Origin: Bacillota bacterium
GTDB taxonomy: Bacteria; Bacillota_I; Bacilli_A; RF39; UBA660
Direction of reading: 5' to 3'
Assembly: GCA_015059335.1 (NCBI GenBank)
Contig: SVAP01000007.1
Coordinates: 1,752-65,751, forward strand
Length of the DNA stretch: 64,000 nt
The position numbers and the translations under genes were made by a program. Below are positions 27,833-36,363 of the stretch, piece by piece (the first letter of the stretch is position 1; each line of letters starts with the position of its first letter). The notes beneath the pieces are model-generated. The model was not told where the DNA came from. It searched no databases and saw only the letters and a list, made by a program, of their open reading frames with translations.

Positions 27833-29800
27833 ATGAAAAATAAGAAAGGGTTTACATTAGTCGAATTATTAGCAACAATCGCAATAATGTTATTACTAGT
27901 AACTATCGCTGTACCAGCTATTACAAATTTAGTTAATAGAAATAGCAAAAAAGTTAATCAGGCACAAGAAGAAGAATTTATTTCTCTTGCAAAAATATAT
28001 ATGTCATCAAATTCTATAGAACTTGGTAGTGATGATGAATACTTATTATCACTCCAAGATATGTTGGATATTGATTTAATAAGTAGTATTCCAACACTTA
28101 ATAATGTAACATTTGATTATAATGTAGATGGTATTAGAATATATAAGAATAATGGTAAAGTCGCATATGAATTTGTTAAAAACTATTCATGTGATACCAC
28201 AAAATATCCAACTGGATGTTCAATATTTAATGCACCATCAAAAGAAGTTGTATATGATGATTTAACAATACCATCAACAGGATCTGGTGGAGTTAACTAT
28301 GATTATTTATATAATGGTAATGTAAAAGATGAAAATGTTAGTATTCCTAATATAGAAATTATGTCATCAGAGTTTGAAGGAGAAGGATTTATAATTCCTA
28401 TTGTATATGATGAATCTTGTGATGAGGGATATGGTTGTTGGAGAAAAGCGGATACAACAAAGGTGTGGTATGATTATTCAAAAGGAATATGGGCAAATGT
28501 GGCCTTAGTTAATCCTGAAAGAAGTTATTGTACATATTCTTCTGAAGCAACTTGTTATGACAATCTAACTAAACATACTGGATATTGGTATAAAAACGCA
28601 AAACCTGGTATTGAAATTTCAATGGATGATATATCTGGAATGTATGTATGGATTCCTAGATTTGATTATAAAATTGAAGGAGACTTTGGTATTGGTGGTA
28701 CATCAGTTACAAATCCTGGAAAAATTTCAATTCAATTTAACAGTGATTTAAATACTGAACAAACTGGAGATGCTAAAACTAGTTGGTATACTCATCCTGC
28801 TTTTAAAAAGGAAAAAATTGTTGATACAGCTTCTACATTAGAAAGTATAAGTGGATTTTGGGTTGCTAAATTTGAAGGGGCTAGTTATGATGATAGCGTA
28901 CCATTTCGATATGAATCACTTAATTTTGATATTACTGGTAATGACTATACTGTACATCTTTTTAATGAAAAAGTTTATTACTTTAATTCTCATAGTTCAC
29001 ACGAAATATATAATTTTGAATGGGCTGCAATTGCGTATCTATCGCAATCAAATTATGGTATAGCAAATAATAATAGTTGTCAGGATGGAATGTTAAAAAC
29101 AAAAGTAACTGTTGGTGAGTCAGTCACAGACACTTCCACTACAATAACAGGAATTATTGGAAATTATACATATGATGGGAAACACATAAGAGATTATACG
29201 ATTTCAGGAAATAAAATAAGTAATCTACAAACCGCAATAGATGAGCTACCTCCCTTTACTAATAGGTATAAAGGATACTGTGGAAGTACCACTGGAACAA
29301 TATATGGTGTATATGATATGGCTGGTGGTTATGATGAATATGTTGGTATTTTTATGAAAAATGAAAATGATCAAGTAACTAGTGCAGCTTACTACAAAGG
29401 CTCTGTGAAATCTCCTAAGTCTGATCCAACAGCTCCAGGAACATGTGATGGAAAAGATTTAAGTGCTGAATTTTCGTTTTCAGAATTTCAAACATATACA
29501 CAATATCATTTGTATGATTATGTGTATTGTGAAGATTGTAGTAATGAGTATCCTTGGGTTTCTAATTATTATGATTATCCAGTAGATTATCCTTATAAAA
29601 AAGGGGATGCTACTAAAGAAACAGAAAATTGGTTTAATAGTTTCCATGTTTTTATTCATTGTCAAGATGCCAATATGGAAAGACAAAATAACGGTGAATC
29701 TCATGCAATAATGAAACGTGGTAGAAATAACATTTTTGATTTTGAAGCATCAGATGGTTATAGTGAAGTTGCTACAACAACAAGGAGAGCGTATTACTAA
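27833..29800 (+). CDS. Giant (655 aa) type IV pilin-like protein with a large Cys-rich globular C-terminal region
   Basis: MKNKKG|FTLVELLATIAIMLLLVTIAVPAI is a class III (prepilin) signal with Glu5. RBS GGAGG. The rest is hydrophilic with paired Cys residues. Confidence 0.8.
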   Translation: MKNKKGFTLVELLATIAIMLLLVTIAVPAITNLVNRNSKKVNQAQEEEFISLAKIYMSSNSIELGSDDEYLLSLQDMLDIDLISSIPTLNNVTFDYNVDGIRIYKNNGKVAYEFVKNYSCDTTKYPTGCSIFNAPSKEVVYDDLTIPSTGSGGVNYDYLYNGNVKDENVSIPNIEIMSSEFEGEGFIIPIVYDESCDEGYGCWRKADTTKVWYDYSKGIWANVALVNPERSYCTYSSEATCYDNLTKHTGYWYKNAKPGIEISMDDISGMYVWIPRFDYKIEGDFGIGGTSVTNPGKISIQFNSDLNTEQTGDAKTSWYTHPAFKKEKIVDTASTLESISGFWVAKFEGASYDDSVPFRYESLNFDITGNDYTVHLFNEKVYYFNSHSSHEIYNFEWAAIAYLSQSNYGIANNNSCQDGMLKTKVTVGESVTDTSTTITGIIGNYTYDGKHIRDYTISGNKISNLQTAIDELPPFTNRYKGYCGSTTGTIYGVYDMAGGYDEYVGIFMKNENDQVTSAAYYKGSVKSPKSDPTAPGTCDGKDLSAEFSFSEFQTYTQYHLYDYVYCEDCSNEYPWVSNYYDYPVDYPYKKGDATKETENWFNSFHVFIHCQDANMERQNNGESHAIMKRGRNNIFDFEASDGYSEVATTTRRAYY

Positions 29801-29801
29801 T

Positions 29802-30359
29802 ATGAATAAAAGTGGTTTTAGTATTGTTGAAATAATTATAGTAACTGTAATAGTATTTATTTCTTCTGTTGGTTTATATGTAACTGTTACACAAGTTTTA
29901 GCGCATTCAGAACAAATATCAAAATATGATTCAGCTAAAAATGTTTACAATTTAAATACAATTAAAGTGTTTTTATATAAAAATTATGATGTTAATAAAT
30001 TATGTAATTATGTATATGATGAAGAAAAAGGAGAATATAAAACTTTTCCAATATTAAATATAACTTCTGGTAAAGAAATATATAATTTAGATATAGATGC
30101 TGAAAAGTTAAAGATGTTTAAAAGTATTACAAATGATATGAATATTAAAACATTGATTTTTGCAGAATATTCTAATATACTTAGCGGGACTGATAGTACC
30201 ACTACTAAAATTAAAAGTGATGCTGGTTTATATAAATACATTAATTATATTTTAGATAAGAATCCTAAAAATAGTGATGATAAGCTCTTATATTTACTAA
30301 TAGCAGAATTTAATGACAATACATATGCATCTATAAATATGTATAAGGTAAGAAGGTGA
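29802..30359 (+). CDS. Pilin-like (minor pilin/pseudopilin) protein
   Basis: MNKSG|FSIVEIIIVTVIVFISS prepilin motif. ATG 29802 lies 2 nt after the upstream stop, with RBS AAGGAGAG. The track ORF 29718 start lies inside the upstream gene. Confidence 0.7.
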   Translation: MNKSGFSIVEIIIVTVIVFISSVGLYVTVTQVLAHSEQISKYDSAKNVYNLNTIKVFLYKNYDVNKLCNYVYDEEKGEYKTFPILNITSGKEIYNLDIDAEKLKMFKSITNDMNIKTLIFAEYSNILSGTDSTTTKIKSDAGLYKYINYILDKNPKNSDDKLLYLLIAEFNDNTYASINMYKVRR

Positions 30360-30889
30360 CTGCTTTGAAAAATAAGGGATTTAGTCTTATAGAATTGATT
30401 GTTGGAATAGCAATTATTTCAGTAATTTCACTTTCACTATTAACAACAATTATACATATTAATAATTTAATTAGTAAAAAATCAAAAGAACACTACATTA
30501 AAAGTGAAACCGCACTGATATATAAAGAAATAGCTACATTATTTTCAACTAGAAATATAGAATCAATTACTAATGATGGCTCTAAATATAAGATTGTTTT
30601 TTCTAAACCTACAAGTTATAATTCAGAAAGTATAATAAAAACAATGTATGAAATGTGTTTAGATAATAATAATTTTTATATCGGTGATAAAGAATTTAAA
30701 TCAAATAAATATTTTAAATACACTGGATTAGAAATTGAAAAAAATATTTCTAGTACTGATAGTAACTATTATTACATTACATTTACTTTAATATATAAAT
30801 TCCAAGGAAAAGAAGAAATGATTAGAATACATTATTTAAATGATCCAGTTGATTCATTTGTTAATATTAGGGAGAATAAATATGGATAA
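30356..30889 (+). CDS. Pilin-like (minor pilin/pseudopilin) protein
   Basis: ...KNKG|FSLIELIVGIAIISVISL prepilin motif. GTG 30356 overlaps the upstream TGA. TTG 30365 (giving MKNKGF...) is an equally plausible start. Confidence 0.75.
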   Translation: MTALKNKGFSLIELIVGIAIISVISLSLLTTIIHINNLISKKSKEHYIKSETALIYKEIATLFSTRNIESITNDGSKYKIVFSKPTSYNSESIIKTMYEMCLDNNNFYIGDKEFKSNKYFKYTGLEIEKNISSTDSNYYYITFTLIYKFQGKEEMIRIHYLNDPVDSFVNIRENKYG

Positions 30890-31073
30890 TAAAGGGTTTG
30901 TTGGTACAATATTAATATATAGTTTATTTGTCTTTTTTGTCGCACTAATATTATTTCTAATTAGAATTTCTACAAATTCTGTTTCTTCTAAAGTATATGG
31001 TAGTGATGTAATAAAGGAACATGTGAATAAAATTGTTCCATATGATGTGTGTCTTGAAAAAGAAGAATGTTAA
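30882..31073 (+). CDS. Small pilin-like protein lacking Glu5 (ComGG/PilX-like position)
   Basis: MDNKG|FVGTILIYSLFVFFVALILFLI. ATG 30882 follows GGGAGA and overlaps the upstream stop. Confidence 0.5.
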   Translation: MDNKGFVGTILIYSLFVFFVALILFLIRISTNSVSSKVYGSDVIKEHVNKIVPYDVCLEKEEC

Positions 31074-31075
31074 TT

Positions 31076-31103
31076 AGAGGTATATAGACATATACTTCTT
31101 TTT
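31076..31103 (+). terminator. Rho-independent terminator of the prepilin operon
   Basis: 10-bp stem AGAGGTATAT/ATATACTTCT (one G-U pair), 4-nt loop, TTTT. Confidence 0.65.
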
Positions 31104-31143
31104 ATTTGTTTTAAAATAATATATAATATATATGGTGGTAAAA

Positions 31144-31761
31144 ATGGATTTATTAAAATATGAAAAAGAATTATATGAAAAAAATATAGAATATATAGCA
31201 GGGGTTGATGAAGTGGGTCGTGGTCCACTAGTAGGACCAGTTGTAGCTGCTTGTGTAGTATTACCTAAAAATTATAATTTAGAAGGGCTTACTGATTCTA
31301 AAAAATTATCAGAAAAGAAAAGAGATAAATATTATGATATTATAATGAAAGATGCATTGGGTGTTGGTGTTGGAATAATTAGTCCGGAAATTATTGATGA
31401 AGTAAATATTTATGAAGCAAGTAAATTAGCTATGTTAGAAGCAATAAAAAATGTTAATTGTAAGATTGAACATGTTTTAATTGATGCGATGCCATTAGAT
31501 ATGGAAATTCCTTCTACATCTATTATTCATGGAGATGCACTATCTTTAAGTATTGCAGCTGCAAGTGTTATTGCAAAAGTTACAAGAGATAAGATGATGT
31601 ATGAATTAGATAAAGAGTATCCGGAATACGGATTTTCAAAGCATAAAGGATATCCTACTAAATTACATCTTGAAAATATTAAAAAATATGGTATATTAGA
31701 TAACTACAGGAAAAGTTATAAACCAGTTAAAGAAATATTAGAAGGTGTTAAGAGTGAATAA
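31144..31761 (+). CDS. rnhB: Ribonuclease HII
   Basis: IAGVDEVGRGPLVGPVVAA and GDALSLSIAAASVIAKVTRD blocks. ATG 31144 follows GGTGG. Confidence 0.9.
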   Translation: MDLLKYEKELYEKNIEYIAGVDEVGRGPLVGPVVAACVVLPKNYNLEGLTDSKKLSEKKRDKYYDIIMKDALGVGVGIISPEIIDEVNIYEASKLAMLEAIKNVNCKIEHVLIDAMPLDMEIPSTSIIHGDALSLSIAAASVIAKVTRDKMMYELDKEYPEYGFSKHKGYPTKLHLENIKKYGILDNYRKSYKPVKEILEGVKSE

Positions 31762-32620
31762 AATAATAGTTATAGTGGGACCTACTGGAGTAGGTAAAAC
31801 AAAACTTAGCATTGAACTTGCTAAAAGATATGATGCTGAAATAATAAATGGTGATAGTATTCAAATTTATAAAGATTTAAATATTGGTAGTGCGAAAGCT
31901 ACAATAGAAGAAAGAGAAGGTATACCACATCATTTATTAGATTTTAAAAATATTGATGAAGAATATTCAGTATATGATTATCAAAAAGATTGCAGAAATA
32001 AAATAGATGAAATTAGAAAAAGAAATAAAAATATAATTATAGTTGGTGGGACAGGTTTATATATTAAAGCAGCATTATTTGATTATAGATTTAATAAAGA
32101 AGAGAAAAGTAATAACAATTATGAAAATTATACTAATGATGAATTATATAATATATTACTTGAAAAAGAACCTAATACATTAATACATAAAAATAATAGA
32201 CAAAGAGTTATTAGGGCTATAGAAAAAGAGAATATTAATGAAAATAATAATTGTAATGATTTATTATATGATGCTATATTTATAGGTTTAACTACTGATA
32301 GAGAAAATTTATATGACATAATAAATAAACGTGTTGATATAATGATTAATAGTGGATTAATAGAAGAAACAAAAGAATTATATAATAAATATCCAAATAG
32401 CAAAGCGTTAAATACAGCAATTGGTTATAAAGAACTAATAGAATATTTAAATAATAATATAACATTAGATGAAGCAATTGAATTAATTAAAAAGAATTCA
32501 AGAAGATATGCAAAAAGACAATATACATGGTTTAATAATCAAATAGATATTGACTGGTTTGATGTTGATTATGATAATTTTGATAATACAATCACGAATG
32601 TAACAAAAAGATGTGATTAA
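31754..32620 (+). CDS. miaA: tRNA dimethylallyltransferase
   Basis: IIVIVGPTGVGKTKLSIELAK P-loop and RRYAKRQYTWF block. GTG 31754 is preferred (RBS GAAGGTG); the track ORF opens at 31745. Confidence 0.9.
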   Translation: MNKIIVIVGPTGVGKTKLSIELAKRYDAEIINGDSIQIYKDLNIGSAKATIEEREGIPHHLLDFKNIDEEYSVYDYQKDCRNKIDEIRKRNKNIIIVGGTGLYIKAALFDYRFNKEEKSNNNYENYTNDELYNILLEKEPNTLIHKNNRQRVIRAIEKENINENNNCNDLLYDAIFIGLTTDRENLYDIINKRVDIMINSGLIEETKELYNKYPNSKALNTAIGYKELIEYLNNNITLDEAIELIKKNSRRYAKRQYTWFNNQIDIDWFDVDYDNFDNTITNVTKRCD

Positions 32621-32746
32621 CATTTTTTTGTTTTTATTTTGCTAACAATATTATTTATTATGCCTAATAATATTGAAAGATATTAAAATATCTTTTTATC
32701 TTTATTAAAAAATGTTATAATAAATGAAATAGAATGGAGGAATTTT

Positions 32747-33448
32747 ATGCCAACTGCACATAATGAAGCAAAAATAGGTGAAATTAGTAATATAGTATTA
32801 ATGTCAGGAGACCCTTTAAGAGCTAAATATATTGCTGAAAAATATTTAAATGATTATAAATTAGTAAACGATGTAAGAGGTATGTATGCATATACAGGTT
32901 ATTACAAAGATAAAAGAATTACTGTAATGGGACATGGTATGGGTATGCCTAGTATAGGAATTTATGCGTATGAGTTATACAAATTTTATAATGTTGATAC
33001 CATAATAAGAATGGGTTCATGTGGTACTCATGATAAAAATATAAAACTTGGTGATACTGTTTTAGCAACTTCTGTTAATACCCCAAGTAATTTTTCTATG
33101 GAAATGTTTGACAAAGATATTAAAGAATTAAATGCATTTGATGATATTAACTTTATAATTAAAAGTGTTGCTAAAAAAAATAATATTGAATTAAAAGAAG
33201 AAGTGGTTACAACTTCATCTGTATTTGATGTATATTTTGAGCACATAAAAAATAATGAAGAATATAAAATATTAGAAATGGAAGCTTTCGCATTATTTCT
33301 AATAGCGCATGAATTAAAGAAAGAATGTGCGTGTTTACTTACTGTAGTAGATGAGGCTTACAGTACTAATCAAATTAGTTCTGAAGATAGAGAAAAGAAT
33401 CTTAATAATATGATTTTAATTGCATTAGAAAGTGCTTTAGAATTATAA
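32747..33448 (+). CDS. deoD: Purine nucleoside phosphorylase, DeoD type
   Basis: VLMSGDPLRAKYIAE...VMGHGMGMPSIGIYAYEL...ILEMEAFAL. Confidence 0.85.
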   Translation: MPTAHNEAKIGEISNIVLMSGDPLRAKYIAEKYLNDYKLVNDVRGMYAYTGYYKDKRITVMGHGMGMPSIGIYAYELYKFYNVDTIIRMGSCGTHDKNIKLGDTVLATSVNTPSNFSMEMFDKDIKELNAFDDINFIIKSVAKKNNIELKEEVVTTSSVFDVYFEHIKNNEEYKILEMEAFALFLIAHELKKECACLLTVVDEAYSTNQISSEDREKNLNNMILIALESALEL

Positions 33449-33493
33449 ATCTAATTTTTTTCCATATACTAAATAGAGAAAGTTGGTGATAAT

Positions 33494-34753
33494 TTGGAAT
33501 ACATAAAAAAAGAATATGCTGCATACAATGTACATATTATTAAAACAGATAAATTTAAATCAATTACAATAGATGTTAATTTCTTAAGAAAAATAAAAAA
33601 AGAAGAAATCACCATTAGGAATTTTCTAAGTGAAATTTTACTTCAATCATCAAAAAATTATCCTACTAAAAGATTACTCGCACTAAAATCGATGGAATTA
33701 TATGATTCTAATGTCAGATCTTCTAATAGTAGAATTGGTAATTTTTCAAATTTATCATTTAATTTAAAATTTTTAAATGATAAATATACAGAAGATGGAA
33801 TGTTTGATAAAACACTTGATTTCTTTTTTGACATATTATTTAATCCAAATGTAGAAAATGGAAGATTTGATGAAAAATCATTTAAAATAGTTAATAAATT
33901 AATTTATAATGAAATTAAATCTATTAAAGATAATTTAACAAAGTATTCTCTTATTAAAATGTTAGAACACATGGGCAAAAACGAACCTTATTCATATAGA
34001 GGATATGGTTATATCGAGGATTTAGAAAAAATTACTCCTCAAAAATTATATGAATATTATACTGGGATTTTGAAAAGCGATAAAGTTAATATTTTAATAA
34101 TAGGAGATGTAGATACTGATAAAGTATTAAATATCATTCATGATAAATTTAAAATTAACACAGTTAAAAAAGATATAGGTAATGCTATGATAACTCATGA
34201 AAAGGTAAGAGGAAGATTAAGAAAAGTAGATGATTATGAAAATATCATTCAATCTAAGTTAAATATTGGATTTAAGTTAAAAGATTTAAGTGATTATGAG
34301 CTTAGATATGTACTTCCTATATATAATGAAATATTTGGTGGTAGTCCTAATTCTAAATTATTTCAAAATATAAGAGAAAAACATTCTTTAGCATATTATA
34401 TTACTTCTATGCCCAATATTTTTGACAATTTACTTATTATATATTCTGGTATTAATAAAAATTCATATGATAAAGCAGTAGATTTAATTAAGAAAGAACT
34501 TAATAATATGAAAAAGGGAAAGTTTACTGATGAAGAAATTAATAAAGCTAAAGAAAATATGCTTGCATCTCTAGAAACTATTGAGGATTCTCCAGCTAGA
34601 ATAATTAATATGTATTATGCTAGGGAATTGGCTGGTGGAGATGAAATTGAAGAGAGAATAAGAAAAGTTAAGCAAGTAACAAAAGAGGATATAATAAAAG
34701 TTGCAACAAAATTAAAAATAGACACTATATATCTAATGCATGGGGAGGAATAA
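33494..34753 (+). CDS. M16-family peptidase-like protein lacking HxxEH (YmfF-like, probably the non-catalytic partner)
   Basis: M16 fold blocks. No HxxEH zinc motif found. Paired with the next gene. Confidence 0.75.
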   Translation: MEYIKKEYAAYNVHIIKTDKFKSITIDVNFLRKIKKEEITIRNFLSEILLQSSKNYPTKRLLALKSMELYDSNVRSSNSRIGNFSNLSFNLKFLNDKYTEDGMFDKTLDFFFDILFNPNVENGRFDEKSFKIVNKLIYNEIKSIKDNLTKYSLIKMLEHMGKNEPYSYRGYGYIEDLEKITPQKLYEYYTGILKSDKVNILIIGDVDTDKVLNIIHDKFKINTVKKDIGNAMITHEKVRGRLRKVDDYENIIQSKLNIGFKLKDLSDYELRYVLPIYNEIFGGSPNSKLFQNIREKHSLAYYITSMPNIFDNLLIIYSGINKNSYDKAVDLIKKELNNMKKGKFTDEEINKAKENMLASLETIEDSPARIINMYYARELAGGDEIEERIRKVKQVTKEDIIKVATKLKIDTIYLMHGEE

Positions 34754-34756
34754 TTT

Positions 34757-36040
34757 ATGAAAGAAATAAATATTGATATTGTAAATGAAAAATTATTCTA
34801 TGAAAAATTAGACAATGGATTAGAAATATATATGGTGCCTAACAAAAAAGTTAAAAATATATATGCAACTTTTACTACACGATATGGTTCTATACATGAT
34901 GAATTTATACCAATTGGTGAAAATAAAATGGTGAAAGTTCCATTAGGAATCGCACATTTTCTAGAACATAAAATGTTTGAACAAGAAGATGGTATTGATC
35001 CATTCAACTTCTTCTCAAAAAGTGGGGCAGATTCTAATGCTCATACTTCTTTAAAAAATACTACTTACGAGTTTACTGGTCCAAATAAATTTTTAGAAAA
35101 TTTAGAATTTTTATTAGATTTTGTTCAACATCCATATTTGACTGATGAAAATATCGAAAAGGAAAAAGGTATAATTGAACAAGAATTAAAAATGTATATG
35201 GACGATCCTTTTTGGTCAATGTACGATGGAATTAGAAACAATATATTTATTAAAAATCCTACTAAATATCCAATAGGAGGAACCATAGAAAGTGTTAGAA
35301 AAATAACTAAAAAGGATTTATTAAGATGTTATAAAACATTTTATCATCCTTCAAATATGTTTTTAGTTATAACAGGTAATTTTGATCCTGAAGAAACAAT
35401 AAAACACATTAAAGAAAATCAAAGTAACAAAAAATATGAAAAACTTACTCCTGTTAAACTAAAAGAATATAAAGAACCAGATAAAGTAGTTAAATCAAGA
35501 GAAGTTGTTGAAAAAAACACAGATACTCCTAAACTAAGTTATGGTATTAAAATTAATCTTGAAAAAACTGGATATAAAGATTATAGAAGAAGAGATATGT
35601 ATCTTAATATCATATTTGATTTGGCGTTTGGTATAACATCTAAATTTTATGAGGAGATGAATTCAAAAGGATACTTATCATCATCAATAGATATTGATAA
35701 AGTTTACACTGAAACTCATTTATTAGTTAATCTTATATGTGAAACTAATTTACCTAATGAGTTAATTAAAGAAATAGAAAATATGATTAATAATTTATCA
35801 ATTGATGAATGTGAGTTAAATATTATTAAAAATAAGTTTATTAGTAATTATATTAATTTATTTGACAATATTGTTGCTTTAAATGATACAATTGTAACTA
35901 ATATAATTGATTATGGAAATTTTGATTATAATTACATTGATAATATTAACTCATTAACTATTAATGAATTAAATAATGTTATTAATAGACTTGATTTAAA
36001 TAATACATCTTATTATATAGTAAAACCGTTTGGTGATTAA
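34757..36040 (+). CDS. M16-family zinc peptidase (YmfH-like)
   Basis: GIAHFLEHKMFE carries the inverted zinc motif HxxEH. Confidence 0.85.
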   Translation: MKEINIDIVNEKLFYEKLDNGLEIYMVPNKKVKNIYATFTTRYGSIHDEFIPIGENKMVKVPLGIAHFLEHKMFEQEDGIDPFNFFSKSGADSNAHTSLKNTTYEFTGPNKFLENLEFLLDFVQHPYLTDENIEKEKGIIEQELKMYMDDPFWSMYDGIRNNIFIKNPTKYPIGGTIESVRKITKKDLLRCYKTFYHPSNMFLVITGNFDPEETIKHIKENQSNKKYEKLTPVKLKEYKEPDKVVKSREVVEKNTDTPKLSYGIKINLEKTGYKDYRRRDMYLNIIFDLAFGITSKFYEEMNSKGYLSSSIDIDKVYTETHLLVNLICETNLPNELIKEIENMINNLSIDECELNIIKNKFISNYINLFDNIVALNDTIVTNIIDYGNFDYNYIDNINSLTINELNNVINRLDLNNTSYYIVKPFGD

Positions 36041-36044
36041 TATT

Positions 36045-36098
36045 AGTTTACAGTTGTGAACAAAAAACTCATTGTTTAGTTCACAACTGTAAACTTTT
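36045..36098 (+). terminator. Strong terminator, 17-bp perfect stem
   Basis: AGTTTACAGTTGTGAAC (36045-36061) pairs with GTTCACAACTGTAAACT (36079-36095), then TTTT. Confidence 0.8.
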
Positions 36099-36108
36099 AA
36101 TGTATAAT
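36080..36108 (+). promoter_or_regulatory. SigmaA-type promoter for cse60
   Basis: TTCACA (36080-36085), 17-nt spacer, TGTATAAT (TATAAT 36103-36108). Confidence 0.5.
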
Positions 36109-36177
36109 TATAAGAGGATAAGTCATAAAAAGACAAAATAAATATTTTATATATATTATCATTAAATGGGTGATAAT

Positions 36178-36348
36178 ATGAAAATAAAAGTTATTGATGA
36201 AGCTCATGAAAAAGATTTAGAAACTTCTGTTAATTCATTTCTTCAAGAATTAGAAAGTGAAGTAATTGATATTAAGTTTCAAGTTGCCTTATCTGTTGAT
36301 AACAATGAACAAATATATTGTTTTTCAGCAATGATTATATATAGATAA
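36178..36348 (+). CDS. cse60: Sporulation protein Cse60
   Basis: MKIKVIDEAHEKDLE...IDIKFQVA...EQIYCFSAMIIYR matches the Cse60 family as I recall it. ATG 36178 follows GGGTGA. Confidence 0.7.
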   Translation: MKIKVIDEAHEKDLETSVNSFLQELESEVIDIKFQVALSVDNNEQIYCFSAMIIYR

Positions 36349-36363
36349 TTGGATGTGATATTA

